IMG/VR virus record: IMGVR_UViG_3300036785_000557
Span: 1 to 56,583 of that record
Origin: a virus
Lineage: Duplodnaviria; Caudoviricetes
DNA length: 56,583 nucleotides
Strand: one strand, 5' to 3'
The position numbers and the translations under genes were made by a program. The notes under the pieces were generated by a model. The model made no database searches. It worked only from the letters and a program-made list of their open reading frames with translations, and was not told the origin of the DNA. Below are positions 8,896 through 17,855 of the stretch, one piece after another (within the stretch, counting starts at the first letter, position 1; each line of letters opens with the position of its first letter).

Positions 8896-9509
8896 CCGGC
8901 GAGCTAATCCACTACGATGCCATGTGCCACGCTATCGCCGCTGCTTATGAGGTCGATGAAGTGAAGGACATTCGGGACAAGGCCCTCGCTCTGGAAATGT
9001 ATGCCCGACAAGCCGGAAACATAGATGCCGAAAGCCAAGCGTGTAAAATTCGGCTACGTGCCGAGCGCCGCTGTGCACAACTGATACGAGAACGAGAAAT
9101 GGCCAGGGGCACGCGCGGCCAATTAGCCGGCCGCGAGGCTTCTGGCGGTCGCGTCATCCGACCGCCAGAAGACCAACCAAAAACACTGGCTGAAATGAAC
9201 ATAAGCAAGGATCAATCGGCTAATTGGCAAAAGCTTGCCAATATTCCCGAGGCGGAATTTGAAGCTGCATTAGCCGAGAGTGAGCGGCCCACCACCAACG
9301 GCATAATTGCAAAATTTGAGCAACGGCCTAAGAGCAAGACGAATGAACAATCTCTGTGGTTATGGGGCCGTCTTTTAGATTTTGAGCGTGACGGCCTGCT
9401 CAAAATGTCTCAGTCTGAAATGTTGGCCGAAATGTCGCCTCACATGAGGGAAACTATAATTCGCCTTGCGCCCTGTGTGGCCGCTTGGCTTTTGGAGTTT
9501 GTGCCATGA
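8892..9509 (+). CDS. Phage protein resembling the N-terminal domain of MT-A70-type phage methyltransferases, with no catalytic domain
   Basis: YDAM..AIA....VDEVKDIRDKA.A...YARQA...IRLRAERR; no DPPW motif. Confidence 0.55.
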   Translation: MTGELIHYDAMCHAIAAAYEVDEVKDIRDKALALEMYARQAGNIDAESQACKIRLRAERRCAQLIREREMARGTRGQLAGREASGGRVIRPPEDQPKTLAEMNISKDQSANWQKLANIPEAEFEAALAESERPTTNGIIAKFEQRPKSKTNEQSLWLWGRLLDFERDGLLKMSQSEMLAEMSPHMRETIIRLAPCVAAWLLEFVP

Positions 9510-9955
9510 CTGATGCGGAAGAATTAAGATCCATCGTGGTTATGATTATAGAAGATCATTCTGAGGTGATTAGAATGAGTCCTGATTGGATTGCCACTCA
9601 GGCGATGCAGGACATGAAGTTTGAGCGAGTAACACACCCTCTCGTTTACAGCGGATGCCATGCTCAACTTCAGCAAATCGCCCGTGAGAAATTACGCCGT
9701 AGATTTGATCTTACAGCGGATGATGCACCAACGCAGACCGAAATGTTTAGCGATGTCATCCAGCTCCGCTACCCCAAACACCACGCGCCCGGTGAAAACC
9801 CGGAATACGTTTATCGGGATTATATGACGGACGATGATATTGCTTTCAATGTCGCCCGAATGCGCGCCGTTGGCCGTGCGCTTTTGAAGCATGCTGACGC
9901 CTTGGAGCTATGGGGTCGTGAGAGGCGTTCTAGCGAGCCAAACGAATCAGCATGA
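9506..9955 (+). CDS. Hypothetical protein
   Basis: ATGA-coupled on both sides. Confidence 0.65.
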   Translation: MTDAEELRSIVVMIIEDHSEVIRMSPDWIATQAMQDMKFERVTHPLVYSGCHAQLQQIAREKLRRRFDLTADDAPTQTEMFSDVIQLRYPKHHAPGENPEYVYRDYMTDDDIAFNVARMRAVGRALLKHADALELWGRERRSSEPNESA

Positions 9956-10416
9956 ACGCTCCGGTCGAAATCCGCTTTACCGTGCCCGGCAACCCAGTGC
10001 CCAAGGGCCGGGCACGGTCGCGGATCGTCACGGCTAAAGACGGCCGCCAATTTGTGACCCATTATACGCCGCCAAAAACCGAGAGCGAAGAAGCGGTGAT
10101 TCGATATTACGCCAGCCAGGAGATGGCCGGGCGCGAGCTTATGTCCGGCCCGCTGGCAATCCATATTTGCGTGTATCGCGCTATACCAGCGAGTTGGAGT
10201 CACAAGAAAATCAGGCTCGCAGATGCCGGTGAGCTGTTCCCGGTCATCAAGCCCGATTACGACAATTACGCAAAGATGCAGGATGCGCTTAACAAAGTCA
10301 TCTGGAATGACGACGCGCAAATTGTCGATGCCCACATTTACAAGCGCTATTCTAGCCGCCCTCGTATTTCCGTCATCGTCAAACAGAAGCTCTCACCTGG
10401 AGGTCTCAATGTCTGA
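9952..10416 (+). CDS. rusA: RusA-family Holliday junction resolvase
   Basis: VPGNPVPKGRAR, KPDYDNYAK..DALN...WNDDAQIV. Confidence 0.9.
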   Translation: MNAPVEIRFTVPGNPVPKGRARSRIVTAKDGRQFVTHYTPPKTESEEAVIRYYASQEMAGRELMSGPLAIHICVYRAIPASWSHKKIRLADAGELFPVIKPDYDNYAKMQDALNKVIWNDDAQIVDAHIYKRYSSRPRISVIVKQKLSPGGLNV

Positions 10417-12235
10417 AGAAACCAAAACACCCGCGCCTACCCGCGCTCAGTTCAAACCGCTCAACAAGGTGGATAATCTTGCTGAGTTGTTCAAACATCC
10501 AGATTTCAAAAACCGCATCGCCTCGGCCGCGCCCAAGCACTTCAACGCCGAGCGATTGTTGCGCACGATGGTTCTGGCCACCCAGAAGACGCCCAAGCTG
10601 CTGGAGGTAAGCCCGATGCAGATGCTTGGCGCGTGCATCACGCTGGCCGCGCTCGGCCTGGAGCCGAATACGCCGCTACAGCACGCCCATCTGATCCCGT
10701 TCGAGGTGAATAAGTACAATCCCACCACCCGGAAATTTGAGCATGTCAGAACGGATGTGCAGGTGATTATCGGGTATCAGGGCTACTTGGATCTGATCTA
10801 TCGCTCTGGCATGGTCGAGAGCGTGCATTGCGATGTCTATTACCGCGATGAGGAAGAATCAGGCGCATTCTCGTATGAGCATGGGTCAAAACAGCATCTC
10901 ACCCATAAGCCCAACGGCAAGATCCGGCCGCCCGAGGAGGAACCGGCCGGCGCGTATATGTACGCCACGCTGAAGGGTGGCGGTGAAGTGTTTGAGGTCA
11001 TGCCGGCCGCTAAAATCCATCTCATCCGGTCACGCAGCCAGGGCTTCCGGGCGGCCATGCGCGCCCATGACAACGCCATCCAGGACAACAAAGACCCGCT
11101 GAAGGATAAGCGCTACACTGAAGCGCCCTGGATCAAAGATCCAGAGTCCATGTGGCGCAAAACACCGCTGCGCGCGGGCCAAAAATGGCTTCCCAAGAGC
11201 ATTGAGCTGGCGGCAGCGGTTGCGGCCGATGAACGGCCAATCGACTTCTCCCAGATCACCAGCGGCGATATGGTGCTGGAGGGTACATTTGTCGTGGAGG
11301 ATGACACCGTGCCCGGCGAGGAAGCGCCCGTTACCACCGCCGCCAATACGCCTGCGCAGGCCCGTGAGGCGGTTGCGGAGAAGCCCCGGCAGACCCGGAC
11401 CACAAAATCCGCCAAAGAGGCCCCAGCGGCGGAAAAATCAGCCCCAGCGCCCGCGTCAGATGATGCTGTCACTTACCCGCTGTTCAACCCGTTTGGTGAG
11501 AGCGATGATGGGCCATTCGGCCCGGCTACAGATCCGGTGGAGTTCGCCAAGGATTTCCGGCAGAGCTGGAATACCACCCTGCCAGAGCATAAGCAGGCGA
11601 TGATGGAGGCGAATGCCAATTCCGTCACCGAGGCGATGAATCGTGATCCCGAGGCCAACACCATCCTTCAGGTGTTCGTCATCGAGATGGCCCCGAAGCC
11701 GGCCGCGCCTGACAAGGAAATCATCGAAATTTTTCCCGAGGAGAAATACGAAATTTCCCGCGTAAAAACACCTAAAGGCTCTTGGGATGTTATCGACTGG
11801 ACCAACAAAGCCAAGGCTCTCATGTCCATGTTGACCGATGTGGCGCAGTTTGGCACGTTTTACGAGGTGAATGCCGCCACGATCAAAGCGCTGCCCAGCA
11901 CGGCCCGCACTATCCTGGACAACTATCGTGAAGATCGTTTCCGCACACTGTCCGGCGGTGAGACCCAGGATGATGATATGCCAGGGTATGACGATGTTCC
12001 CCTGCCGGGCGAGGAGGATAACCCACCGGCCGAGAAAGACGAATGGCAGGAGATGCACGACAAATTTGCGGGCGATTTTACCAAGGCGGAAAGCCTGGGG
12101 GCGCTGAGCGAGATTGCCCGTAATGCGGCTGTGAAGGTGCAGCTCCGCAAGCTACAGGAGACGCGGCCGGATCTGGCGGATAGCCTAAACCAGAGATACC
12201 GGGCGCGTGAAACCGAGCTGCGTGGGCAGTCTTAA
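10409..12235 (+). CDS. recT: RecT-family ssDNA annealing protein with a long C-terminal extension (608 aa)
   Basis: ALGLEPN...HAHLIPF, QVIIGYQGYLDLIYRSG, PW......MWRKT.LR...KWLPKS; GGAGG SD. Confidence 0.9.
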   Translation: MSEETKTPAPTRAQFKPLNKVDNLAELFKHPDFKNRIASAAPKHFNAERLLRTMVLATQKTPKLLEVSPMQMLGACITLAALGLEPNTPLQHAHLIPFEVNKYNPTTRKFEHVRTDVQVIIGYQGYLDLIYRSGMVESVHCDVYYRDEEESGAFSYEHGSKQHLTHKPNGKIRPPEEEPAGAYMYATLKGGGEVFEVMPAAKIHLIRSRSQGFRAAMRAHDNAIQDNKDPLKDKRYTEAPWIKDPESMWRKTPLRAGQKWLPKSIELAAAVAADERPIDFSQITSGDMVLEGTFVVEDDTVPGEEAPVTTAANTPAQAREAVAEKPRQTRTTKSAKEAPAAEKSAPAPASDDAVTYPLFNPFGESDDGPFGPATDPVEFAKDFRQSWNTTLPEHKQAMMEANANSVTEAMNRDPEANTILQVFVIEMAPKPAAPDKEIIEIFPEEKYEISRVKTPKGSWDVIDWTNKAKALMSMLTDVAQFGTFYEVNAATIKALPSTARTILDNYREDRFRTLSGGETQDDDMPGYDDVPLPGEEDNPPAEKDEWQEMHDKFAGDFTKAESLGALSEIARNAAVKVQLRKLQETRPDLADSLNQRYRARETELRGQS

Positions 12236-12447
12236 GGTGTGGGTGGCGCAGGGATCGCGGCGGTTGGCGGCGGCGGAAATTTGCCGCTGATAATCCGCTG
12301 CCCGACAAAATAGACGATCACCGTTAAGGCTGTAACGACATCGGGCGGCAGGCGAATATTCCAGAAAGTCAGCACATAGTTGATGATGATGACGATAGCG
12401 CCGGCAAGGATGCCTCCGCCACCAGATGCCAGTGTGGTGCTGTTCAT
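12232..12447 (-). CDS. Putative holin (two TM segments)
   Basis: 71 aa with two hydrophobic helices; last gene of the late operon. Confidence 0.55.
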   Translation of the reverse strand: MNSTTLASGGGGILAGAIVIIINYVLTFWNIRLPPDVVTALTVIVYFVGQRIISGKFPPPPTAAIPAPPTP

Positions 12448-12448
12448 T

Positions 12449-13099
12449 TTATGCCATCCATTTGAAGAAATAGGGTGCGCCTACAGTTGCTCCGTAAACA
12501 TATATCTGTTCGACATCGCAAACGGTGCCGTTCACATAATATAACCCGCCAATAGCGATCTGCATCCCGCTTGTCACACCGCCAAAGAACGGATCTGCAC
12601 CGCCATAGCGGTCGGAGGGGTCATTTCTGATCGTGACCCATGGGGCAAAAACATACCCCAGACCAGGATCATCTATCACGATGGAGGTAACCACGCCGGC
12701 CGTCAGGACGCAGTGCGCTTGAGCGGGGCGCGCGGGCGTTTGACCGACAAAAAAGGTGGGTGATGCATAGCCCGGCAAACCCGCGCCACCCGGTCCAGCC
12801 CCGACTTGCTGCGAATATTGCTGCCCGCCCTGAAATTCGATGAGGGGAGGTGCTGTGAAGCCCTTCCCCCCATTGATGATGTTCACAGCGGACACAACCC
12901 CGCCCGTGATGACCGCCACAGCCCGCGCACTACCAAACTCAAGCCACAAGACCGCCGTTGACGTGTTTTGAAACACGTAATGGCTGCGCGAGAGCGGAAT
13001 AGGGCTGACGATCTGCGATGCTGTGGCGCTGGCAATCGTACCATCGAGCCGGTAGGAAAGGTCCGGTGATTGCTGCCCCCTCGATCCGATGAGATACAT
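12449..13099 (-). CDS. Virion protein with GxGY(T)xxP beta-repeat
   Basis: IINGGKGFTAPP and IDDPGLGYVFAP repeats shared with other structural ORFs. Confidence 0.6.
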   Translation of the reverse strand: MYLIGSRGQQSPDLSYRLDGTIASATASQIVSPIPLSRSHYVFQNTSTAVLWLEFGSARAVAVITGGVVSAVNIINGGKGFTAPPLIEFQGGQQYSQQVGAGPGGAGLPGYASPTFFVGQTPARPAQAHCVLTAGVVTSIVIDDPGLGYVFAPWVTIRNDPSDRYGGADPFFGGVTSGMQIAIGGLYYVNGTVCDVEQIYVYGATVGAPYFFKWMA

Positions 13100-13110
13100 T
13101 TCGATTTTCC

Positions 13111-14292
13111 TTAGTTAAATTCCTCAACGATGACGATGCCGGGCTGTCCTGGTTGTCCTGCGATGGCGGGCTGTGTATTAACTGAGATGACGCCACCCAC
13201 GCCGGAGCCGTACCCGGTCCCGCCTGAGCCAGATGTTTGCGCTACGGTGGCGAGTATAATCCCTCCAGAGCCTAGTGCTGATGACCCACCCATGCCGCTG
13301 AGTAGTTGTCCCGCGCCTGTTCCTCCTGCCATGCCCACGCTGCCCCTATTGCCCGTTATACCTATAATCAGGATTCCTCCTGAAACTGTGCAGGCCGCAG
13401 GGGGCGGCGCCTGTCCTCCGACGAAGGCAAAACTTGTCTGTGCAACGGCTGTGCCTTGTGTGCTGGGAGGCCCGCCAGGGCAGGATACGAGACTGCCGAA
13501 AGATGAAATGCCGCCCGTGCCGCCCGGATTAGCTCCGGCTGCGCCTGCTGTGCCGCCCGCGCCTGCTGTCACGGTTACGCCGGAGAAGCCGGAGGTTAGC
13601 AGGTATTTGACGTATGATCCGCCCGATGATCCGCCTGAAGCACATATTTGCGTTGCGGTCGTAGCTGGACAGCCACTACCACCACCACCGCCTGCCTGGG
13701 CTTCTACTATGACGCTATTCGTGCCTGTGTCTGCTGTGTAAGTGCCACCCGTGCTGGTGCAGCCGGAAGCACAAAACGTCTGTATTCCGATCAAGCCGTG
13801 TCCCGGATAAAATGTGCCAGAGGCACCAAGCGCAAGCGTGTTGCCGCTGAGCGTGACTGTGCCGGTTGTCGAAAGCGTGGTCGCATGAACCGCTGCCGGT
13901 GTTGTGGCACCAATCGTGGTTCCGTTGATTGCGCCGCCAGATAAGGCAATCGTTGGTATCGTGACTGTGTTTGTAAATGTCGGAGAATTAATAGGCGCAT
14001 AAATTGCCGCCGCCCCCGCCGTGGTCAAAAGCGTTCCCGAGGTCGGGAGGGTTACGGTCGTGGTGCCCGTCACCGTGAACGTTGTCGAAAACGAGCCAGA
14101 GAAGGTGAGAGCGCCACCAACGCTGACTGGCGAATTGAATAGGTTGGTAATGGATGCGGTTTGCGCCGACGCGCCATTACACTTGATCTCAGAAAGATTG
14201 GATTGTGCTTGTAAAGGACCGAAACATTGTGCTGATGTTGAGGCTGGGGCGAGTCCTAGCAAGATAATGAGAGCCTTTAAGAGATGTACCAT
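13111..14292 (-). CDS. Glycine/threonine-rich tail fibre-like protein with an N-terminal signal-peptide-like segment
   Basis: YAPINSPTFT motif; Gly-rich C-terminus ending GQPGIVIVEEF; N-terminus MVHLLKALIILLGLAPASTSA. Confidence 0.65.
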   Translation of the reverse strand: MVHLLKALIILLGLAPASTSAQCFGPLQAQSNLSEIKCNGASAQTASITNLFNSPVSVGGALTFSGSFSTTFTVTGTTTVTLPTSGTLLTTAGAAAIYAPINSPTFTNTVTIPTIALSGGAINGTTIGATTPAAVHATTLSTTGTVTLSGNTLALGASGTFYPGHGLIGIQTFCASGCTSTGGTYTADTGTNSVIVEAQAGGGGGSGCPATTATQICASGGSSGGSYVKYLLTSGFSGVTVTAGAGGTAGAAGANPGGTGGISSFGSLVSCPGGPPSTQGTAVAQTSFAFVGGQAPPPAACTVSGGILIIGITGNRGSVGMAGGTGAGQLLSGMGGSSALGSGGIILATVAQTSGSGGTGYGSGVGGVISVNTQPAIAGQPGQPGIVIVEEFN

Positions 14293-14960
14293 TTTGCACT
14301 CCCGACAAATGTAAATGTGTTGTTGCCGCCGGATACGATGGTCACAGGAGCATTAGCCGCCAAAGTTTCTATGGCCGCGCTCGATGGGGGATAACAGAGA
14401 AGATTATTCGCACCTCTGTTTAGCACCTTTATGCTGGTGCCAATCGGCAAGGCATTACCGGATAAATTATGGACCGGGAGCAAGACGCCGGTTCCTGCTG
14501 CTACAATCGTCACCACATTGATGTTTGTAGCCAGAAGAAGGGCCGTCGCTTGGTTTGTCCCTGTTGCAGTTAAACCTGTTGCCGATGACTCTGATAAGAT
14601 GCCGCCGATCACCACGTCAGATTCTAGGTTGGCAATTTGGGTAGCGGTCAGCGTTGTAAAAGTGCCTGCTCCGGTAGCTGTGGGAAGTAAAATGCGGACC
14701 CACTGTCCGATGAAAGTGCCATATGGCGTTATATAATTGTAATTGTCATCAAGGTGCGTTCCCAAGGGATTCCAGTAGAAGAATCCACCATTTCCATCGT
14801 TGACAACCGCGATACCTGCCAACATCACCGTCATGCCCGGAAGGCCAGTGATCGTCCGAAGCTGTGATGCGACGGCACCGCCCTGTATAAATGTGTTCAG
14901 GTTATCGGCAGATGCTACACCCTGGCCTTGGATGAACACATTTAATGCGGGTACGGTCAC
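14277..14960 (-). CDS. Short tail fibre/spike with an N-terminal domain paralogous to 14957-16582
   Basis: PALNVFIQGQGVASADNLNTF versus PQLTRYIQGQGVVSGDQLNTF. Confidence 0.65.
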   Translation of the reverse strand: MTVPALNVFIQGQGVASADNLNTFIQGGAVASQLRTITGLPGMTVMLAGIAVVNDGNGGFFYWNPLGTHLDDNYNYITPYGTFIGQWVRILLPTATGAGTFTTLTATQIANLESDVVIGGILSESSATGLTATGTNQATALLLATNINVVTIVAAGTGVLLPVHNLSGNALPIGTSIKVLNRGANNLLCYPPSSAAIETLAANAPVTIVSGGNNTFTFVGSAKWYIS

Positions 14961-16582
14961 GACGATCCTCCACCAACGGTATTCCCCGTGCCTAGATTAC
15001 TCACATTGGTCGTGTTGCCGTTGTACGCATTGGACTGTACGTTCGTCAGGGACGACTGAGCGTTTAGCAGGATGCCGGTGGCCAGACGCTCGAACGTATT
15101 TCCTGAAATCATATTGGCAAGATTGTTCGGGTTTGATCCAATATCTACGCCAAACGCATTCGTGGTTGTGCCGGGGCCAATAAAGGTATTTCCCGTGATG
15201 ACGGTAATCTCATTTGTTGAGATAAAAAAGCCGGCTGCCCCGGTGCCACCGCTTTGTCCGACATACACGAGATTATTTGACAAATTCACGGGACCGCAAG
15301 GCGTCAAACAACGGATGCCATAGTTGGCGCAATTAAATTGGCTATTAACCACGGATAATTCAGCCAGATTTCCTCCGCCCGCTGGAATGTCAACGCCTAT
15401 ATTGCCCCCGGTAAAATTACATCCGGTGATGGATAGACCTTGGATTTGCGTTCCATAGGTTATGCCGGTTCCGATGCTCGTAAAATTAGAATTTGTAAAG
15501 TTGTAGACGACACCAACGGCCGTTGACGTACCCACAATGCCAACACCAAAACCATCGGAAACAAATCCGCCGCCGAATGGACCATGACTATAGCAGTTGA
15601 TATTCTCGAAATTGATTTGAGAAACCGAGTTAATTTGAATGCATTGTTTCCAGTAATTGGTTCCAAAATAGGTATCGTTTCCATAGAACGATAAATTGCT
15701 TAGCAGATTTAATGAGCCGCTGGTTGCATTTGGGAGGTTGGTATCCGTCTGATTTAAGGTAAGCCCGGTGTAGAGCCCTAATCCGCCACCTCTAATCGAC
15801 ATGTCGCAGATCATGCTGGTATTATAAAGGCCGACATAGTTGATGGTGAGGCCATTGCTCGCAGGGAAATTGAGTGTGGAAATATCAATGCCATCGCCTA
15901 CCATGCTGAATGCCCATTCGCCGCCTGGGAATGTCAGAGTGATCGGTGAATTGCAGAGGTAATTGCCTGCCGCTATGCGTGCTTGTTGTATGCTGTTCAT
16001 ACAATAAGTCAGCGTATTCTGAATCGCTATGGTGTCATCCGTAACTCCATCACCCTTGGCCCCAAACCATTTCACAGAAATCGGGAAACTTTGCGTTTCG
16101 CGGTGGTATCTATGATTGGCAGCGTCGATAATGATGGTGCCGCCATTATCGGCGCTGGTAATATCGGTTGGGTTGTAAACGAACATGCCTTCGCCGCCGT
16201 CAGCCAGCGTGTAATATCCTTCTACCCAGACAACAGGCACGGCACCACCGCCGAAGAATGCACGTAATGATGCGATATTGGTAATGGCCACAACGCCAGT
16301 CTGTGAGATATTTAATCGTAACCAAGCCCCCGGCACACCCGGCTGCGGCACAATGACCGTGGCGCCATCATCGGGGCCAAGGGCCGTCGCATTCCAATAA
16401 AATGGGCCAGCGCCACCATCGCCGGGCGCCACATAGCCACGAATAAACACCTGCATACCCGTGACGCCGATCAGCGCCCGGAGCTGCACCACATTGTCAC
16501 AGGTTTGTTCAAACGTGTTGAGCTGATCGCCGGATACGACACCTTGACCTTGGATATATCGCGTGAGTTGCGGCGCGGTCAT
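14957..16582 (-). CDS. Tailspike / polysaccharide depolymerase with a pectate-lyase-like beta-helix
   Basis: ISVKWFGAKGDGVTDDTIAIQ motif followed by Asn/Gly-rich beta-helix repeats. Confidence 0.85.
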   Translation of the reverse strand: MTAPQLTRYIQGQGVVSGDQLNTFEQTCDNVVQLRALIGVTGMQVFIRGYVAPGDGGAGPFYWNATALGPDDGATVIVPQPGVPGAWLRLNISQTGVVAITNIASLRAFFGGGAVPVVWVEGYYTLADGGEGMFVYNPTDITSADNGGTIIIDAANHRYHRETQSFPISVKWFGAKGDGVTDDTIAIQNTLTYCMNSIQQARIAAGNYLCNSPITLTFPGGEWAFSMVGDGIDISTLNFPASNGLTINYVGLYNTSMICDMSIRGGGLGLYTGLTLNQTDTNLPNATSGSLNLLSNLSFYGNDTYFGTNYWKQCIQINSVSQINFENINCYSHGPFGGGFVSDGFGVGIVGTSTAVGVVYNFTNSNFTSIGTGITYGTQIQGLSITGCNFTGGNIGVDIPAGGGNLAELSVVNSQFNCANYGIRCLTPCGPVNLSNNLVYVGQSGGTGAAGFFISTNEITVITGNTFIGPGTTTNAFGVDIGSNPNNLANMISGNTFERLATGILLNAQSSLTNVQSNAYNGNTTNVSNLGTGNTVGGGSS

Positions 16583-16585
16583 GCA

Positions 16586-16678
16586 TTATCTCCTGATCGG
16601 CGGGCGTGGGGATTTAATCGGCCACCAGCTCGGCCACACCGGCATGGGCACCCAGCGGAAGGGTGGCCCTGTCCACAT
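16586..16678 (-). CDS. Possible Trp/Pro/Arg-rich 30-aa peptide ([30 protein letters not shown])
   Basis: TGATG coupling to the upstream gene; fills the gap exactly. Confidence 0.35.
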   Translation of the reverse strand: MWTGPPFRWVPMPVWPSWWPIKSPRPPIRR

Positions 16679-16842
16679 CACCTGTAACCCCGACGCTTTG
16701 ATGCACGCTTGCGCTTGCCGCCCGTGCGCCGGGCATTGGATAGTGCGGCGGCGACGGCCTGTTTCTGCGGCCGGCCGGAATTGACCATCTCCCGGATGTT
16801 CTCGCTGATCGTGGCGCGGTCAGAACCGGATTTTAGGGGCAT
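16678..16842 (-). CDS. Small basic phage protein (54 aa, [39 protein letters not shown]...)
   Basis: Matches the widespread phage motif MPLKxGxSxxxISxNIxExxxxGxPQKQAVAIAL; missed by the ORF track (under 60 aa). Confidence 0.75.
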   Translation of the reverse strand: MPLKSGSDRATISENIREMVNSGRPQKQAVAAALSNARRTGGKRKRASKRRGYR

Positions 16843-16851
16843 GTTTTCCCC

Positions 16852-17046
16852 CTATTTCCGGCCGTAGGAGCGCGTTGTGCGGGCTGGCGAGCGCAATTTG
16901 GGCGATAAAGCCGCCCGCGAGAGCGCGGAATAAGGGGATGCCTGGACGGTCTCTACCGGCCTCGCGGTAGCGCGAGCATTGGCCAGTGCCGTTGGGGCAC
17001 CGGGACCGCCTAAAACCTCACCCAAGGGGCGCGCGACGATGGCCAT
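16852..17046 (-). CDS. Small basic protein (MAIVARPLG...)
   Basis: AGGAG SD before the ATG at 17046. Confidence 0.55.
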   Translation of the reverse strand: MAIVARPLGEVLGGPGAPTALANARATARPVETVQASPYSALSRAALSPKLRSPARTTRSYGRK

Positions 17047-17048
17047 GG

Positions 17049-17561
17049 TCAGTCTCCTTTCATGGGTTTGCCCCGGTATTCCAGAACAGCCACCGGGAAG
17101 ATGAACAGCAAAGCGTAAACCACCAGCACCACCACGCTTATGGGCGTGCTTTGGTGAAGCGCGGACAGCGCCAGAAAGAAACCACCACACAGGGTCAGCA
17201 AGAGGATCAGGCGCACCGCCAGGAGGCTTGCAATGGCCTGGAAGACCCCGAGCGCCGCCCCGATCACGGACGCCGCTACGGCGCTCTTACCGGCTTGATT
17301 GGCCTGTTGCCGGTTTTTCTCAAGCGTTTCCCGGATTTCCAACATCATCGCCGGCATCTCCCCAGAAGGGGGCGGCAATGCTGCCGTTGGCAGCGAGGCT
17401 ATGTGATCCGCTAAAAGATCCGCTATCCGGTTGGATAACCGGGCCTCCAGTTCGTCCATTGCTTGGGTCAAATTGACTTTCGGGAAGTCGAGGACGGCCG
17501 CGCTTCTTGCCGGTTTTTTGTCCGGGATTTTCCGTACTGACAGCCGTTCCGTGGTTCCCAT
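17049..17561 (-). CDS. Membrane protein with multiple C-terminal TM segments
   Basis: Long hydrophobic C-terminal half; start uncertain. Confidence 0.6.
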   Translation of the reverse strand: MGTTERLSVRKIPDKKPARSAAVLDFPKVNLTQAMDELEARLSNRIADLLADHIASLPTAALPPPSGEMPAMMLEIRETLEKNRQQANQAGKSAVAASVIGAALGVFQAIASLLAVRLILLLTLCGGFFLALSALHQSTPISVVVLVVYALLFIFPVAVLEYRGKPMKGD

Positions 17562-17793
17562 TCAGCATCTCCTCGAAATCGCTCGGCTTTTCCGGCGGCG
17601 GCGGGATGATTTTAACCTTTGACTCTAAAAACTTTGTGCATGTGGCTACGAGTTTCAGACGTTCCTCAAAACTCACAGCGGGCGTCTTGATGACCTTGCC
17701 ATCGTCATCGGTTATTTCCCGCACGCTGGCCTTCGCTTCAGTGAGAAGCACGGTAAGCAGGCTCTCGATGCCATCCAACAGAGGATCTGACAC
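17320..17793 (-). CDS. Hypothetical protein (MSDPLLDGIES...)
   Basis: AAGGA SD with GTG start; 3' part overlaps the next ORF. Confidence 0.5.
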   Translation of the reverse strand: MSDPLLDGIESLLTVLLTEAKASVREITDDDGKVIKTPAVSFEERLKLVATCTKFLESKVKIIPPPPEKPSDFEEMLNGNHGTAVSTENPGQKTGKKRGRPRLPESQFDPSNGRTGGPVIQPDSGSFSGSHSLAANGSIAAPFWGDAGDDVGNPGNA

Positions 17794-17855
17794 TACAATT
17801 TCCTTTATCACGCAGCTTTTACGCCTCAATTAGCGAGGCGGGTAGAAAAATCTTG

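Noticed and set aside
10223-10408. N-terminal extension of RecT in the ORF track
   Set aside because: Overlaps rusA; a GGAGG SD supports the start at 10409
17320-17561. Nested Rz/Rz1 spanin pair
   Set aside because: No lipobox cysteine and no N-terminal-TM/periplasmic topology; the overlap may reflect a later true start of 17049-17561
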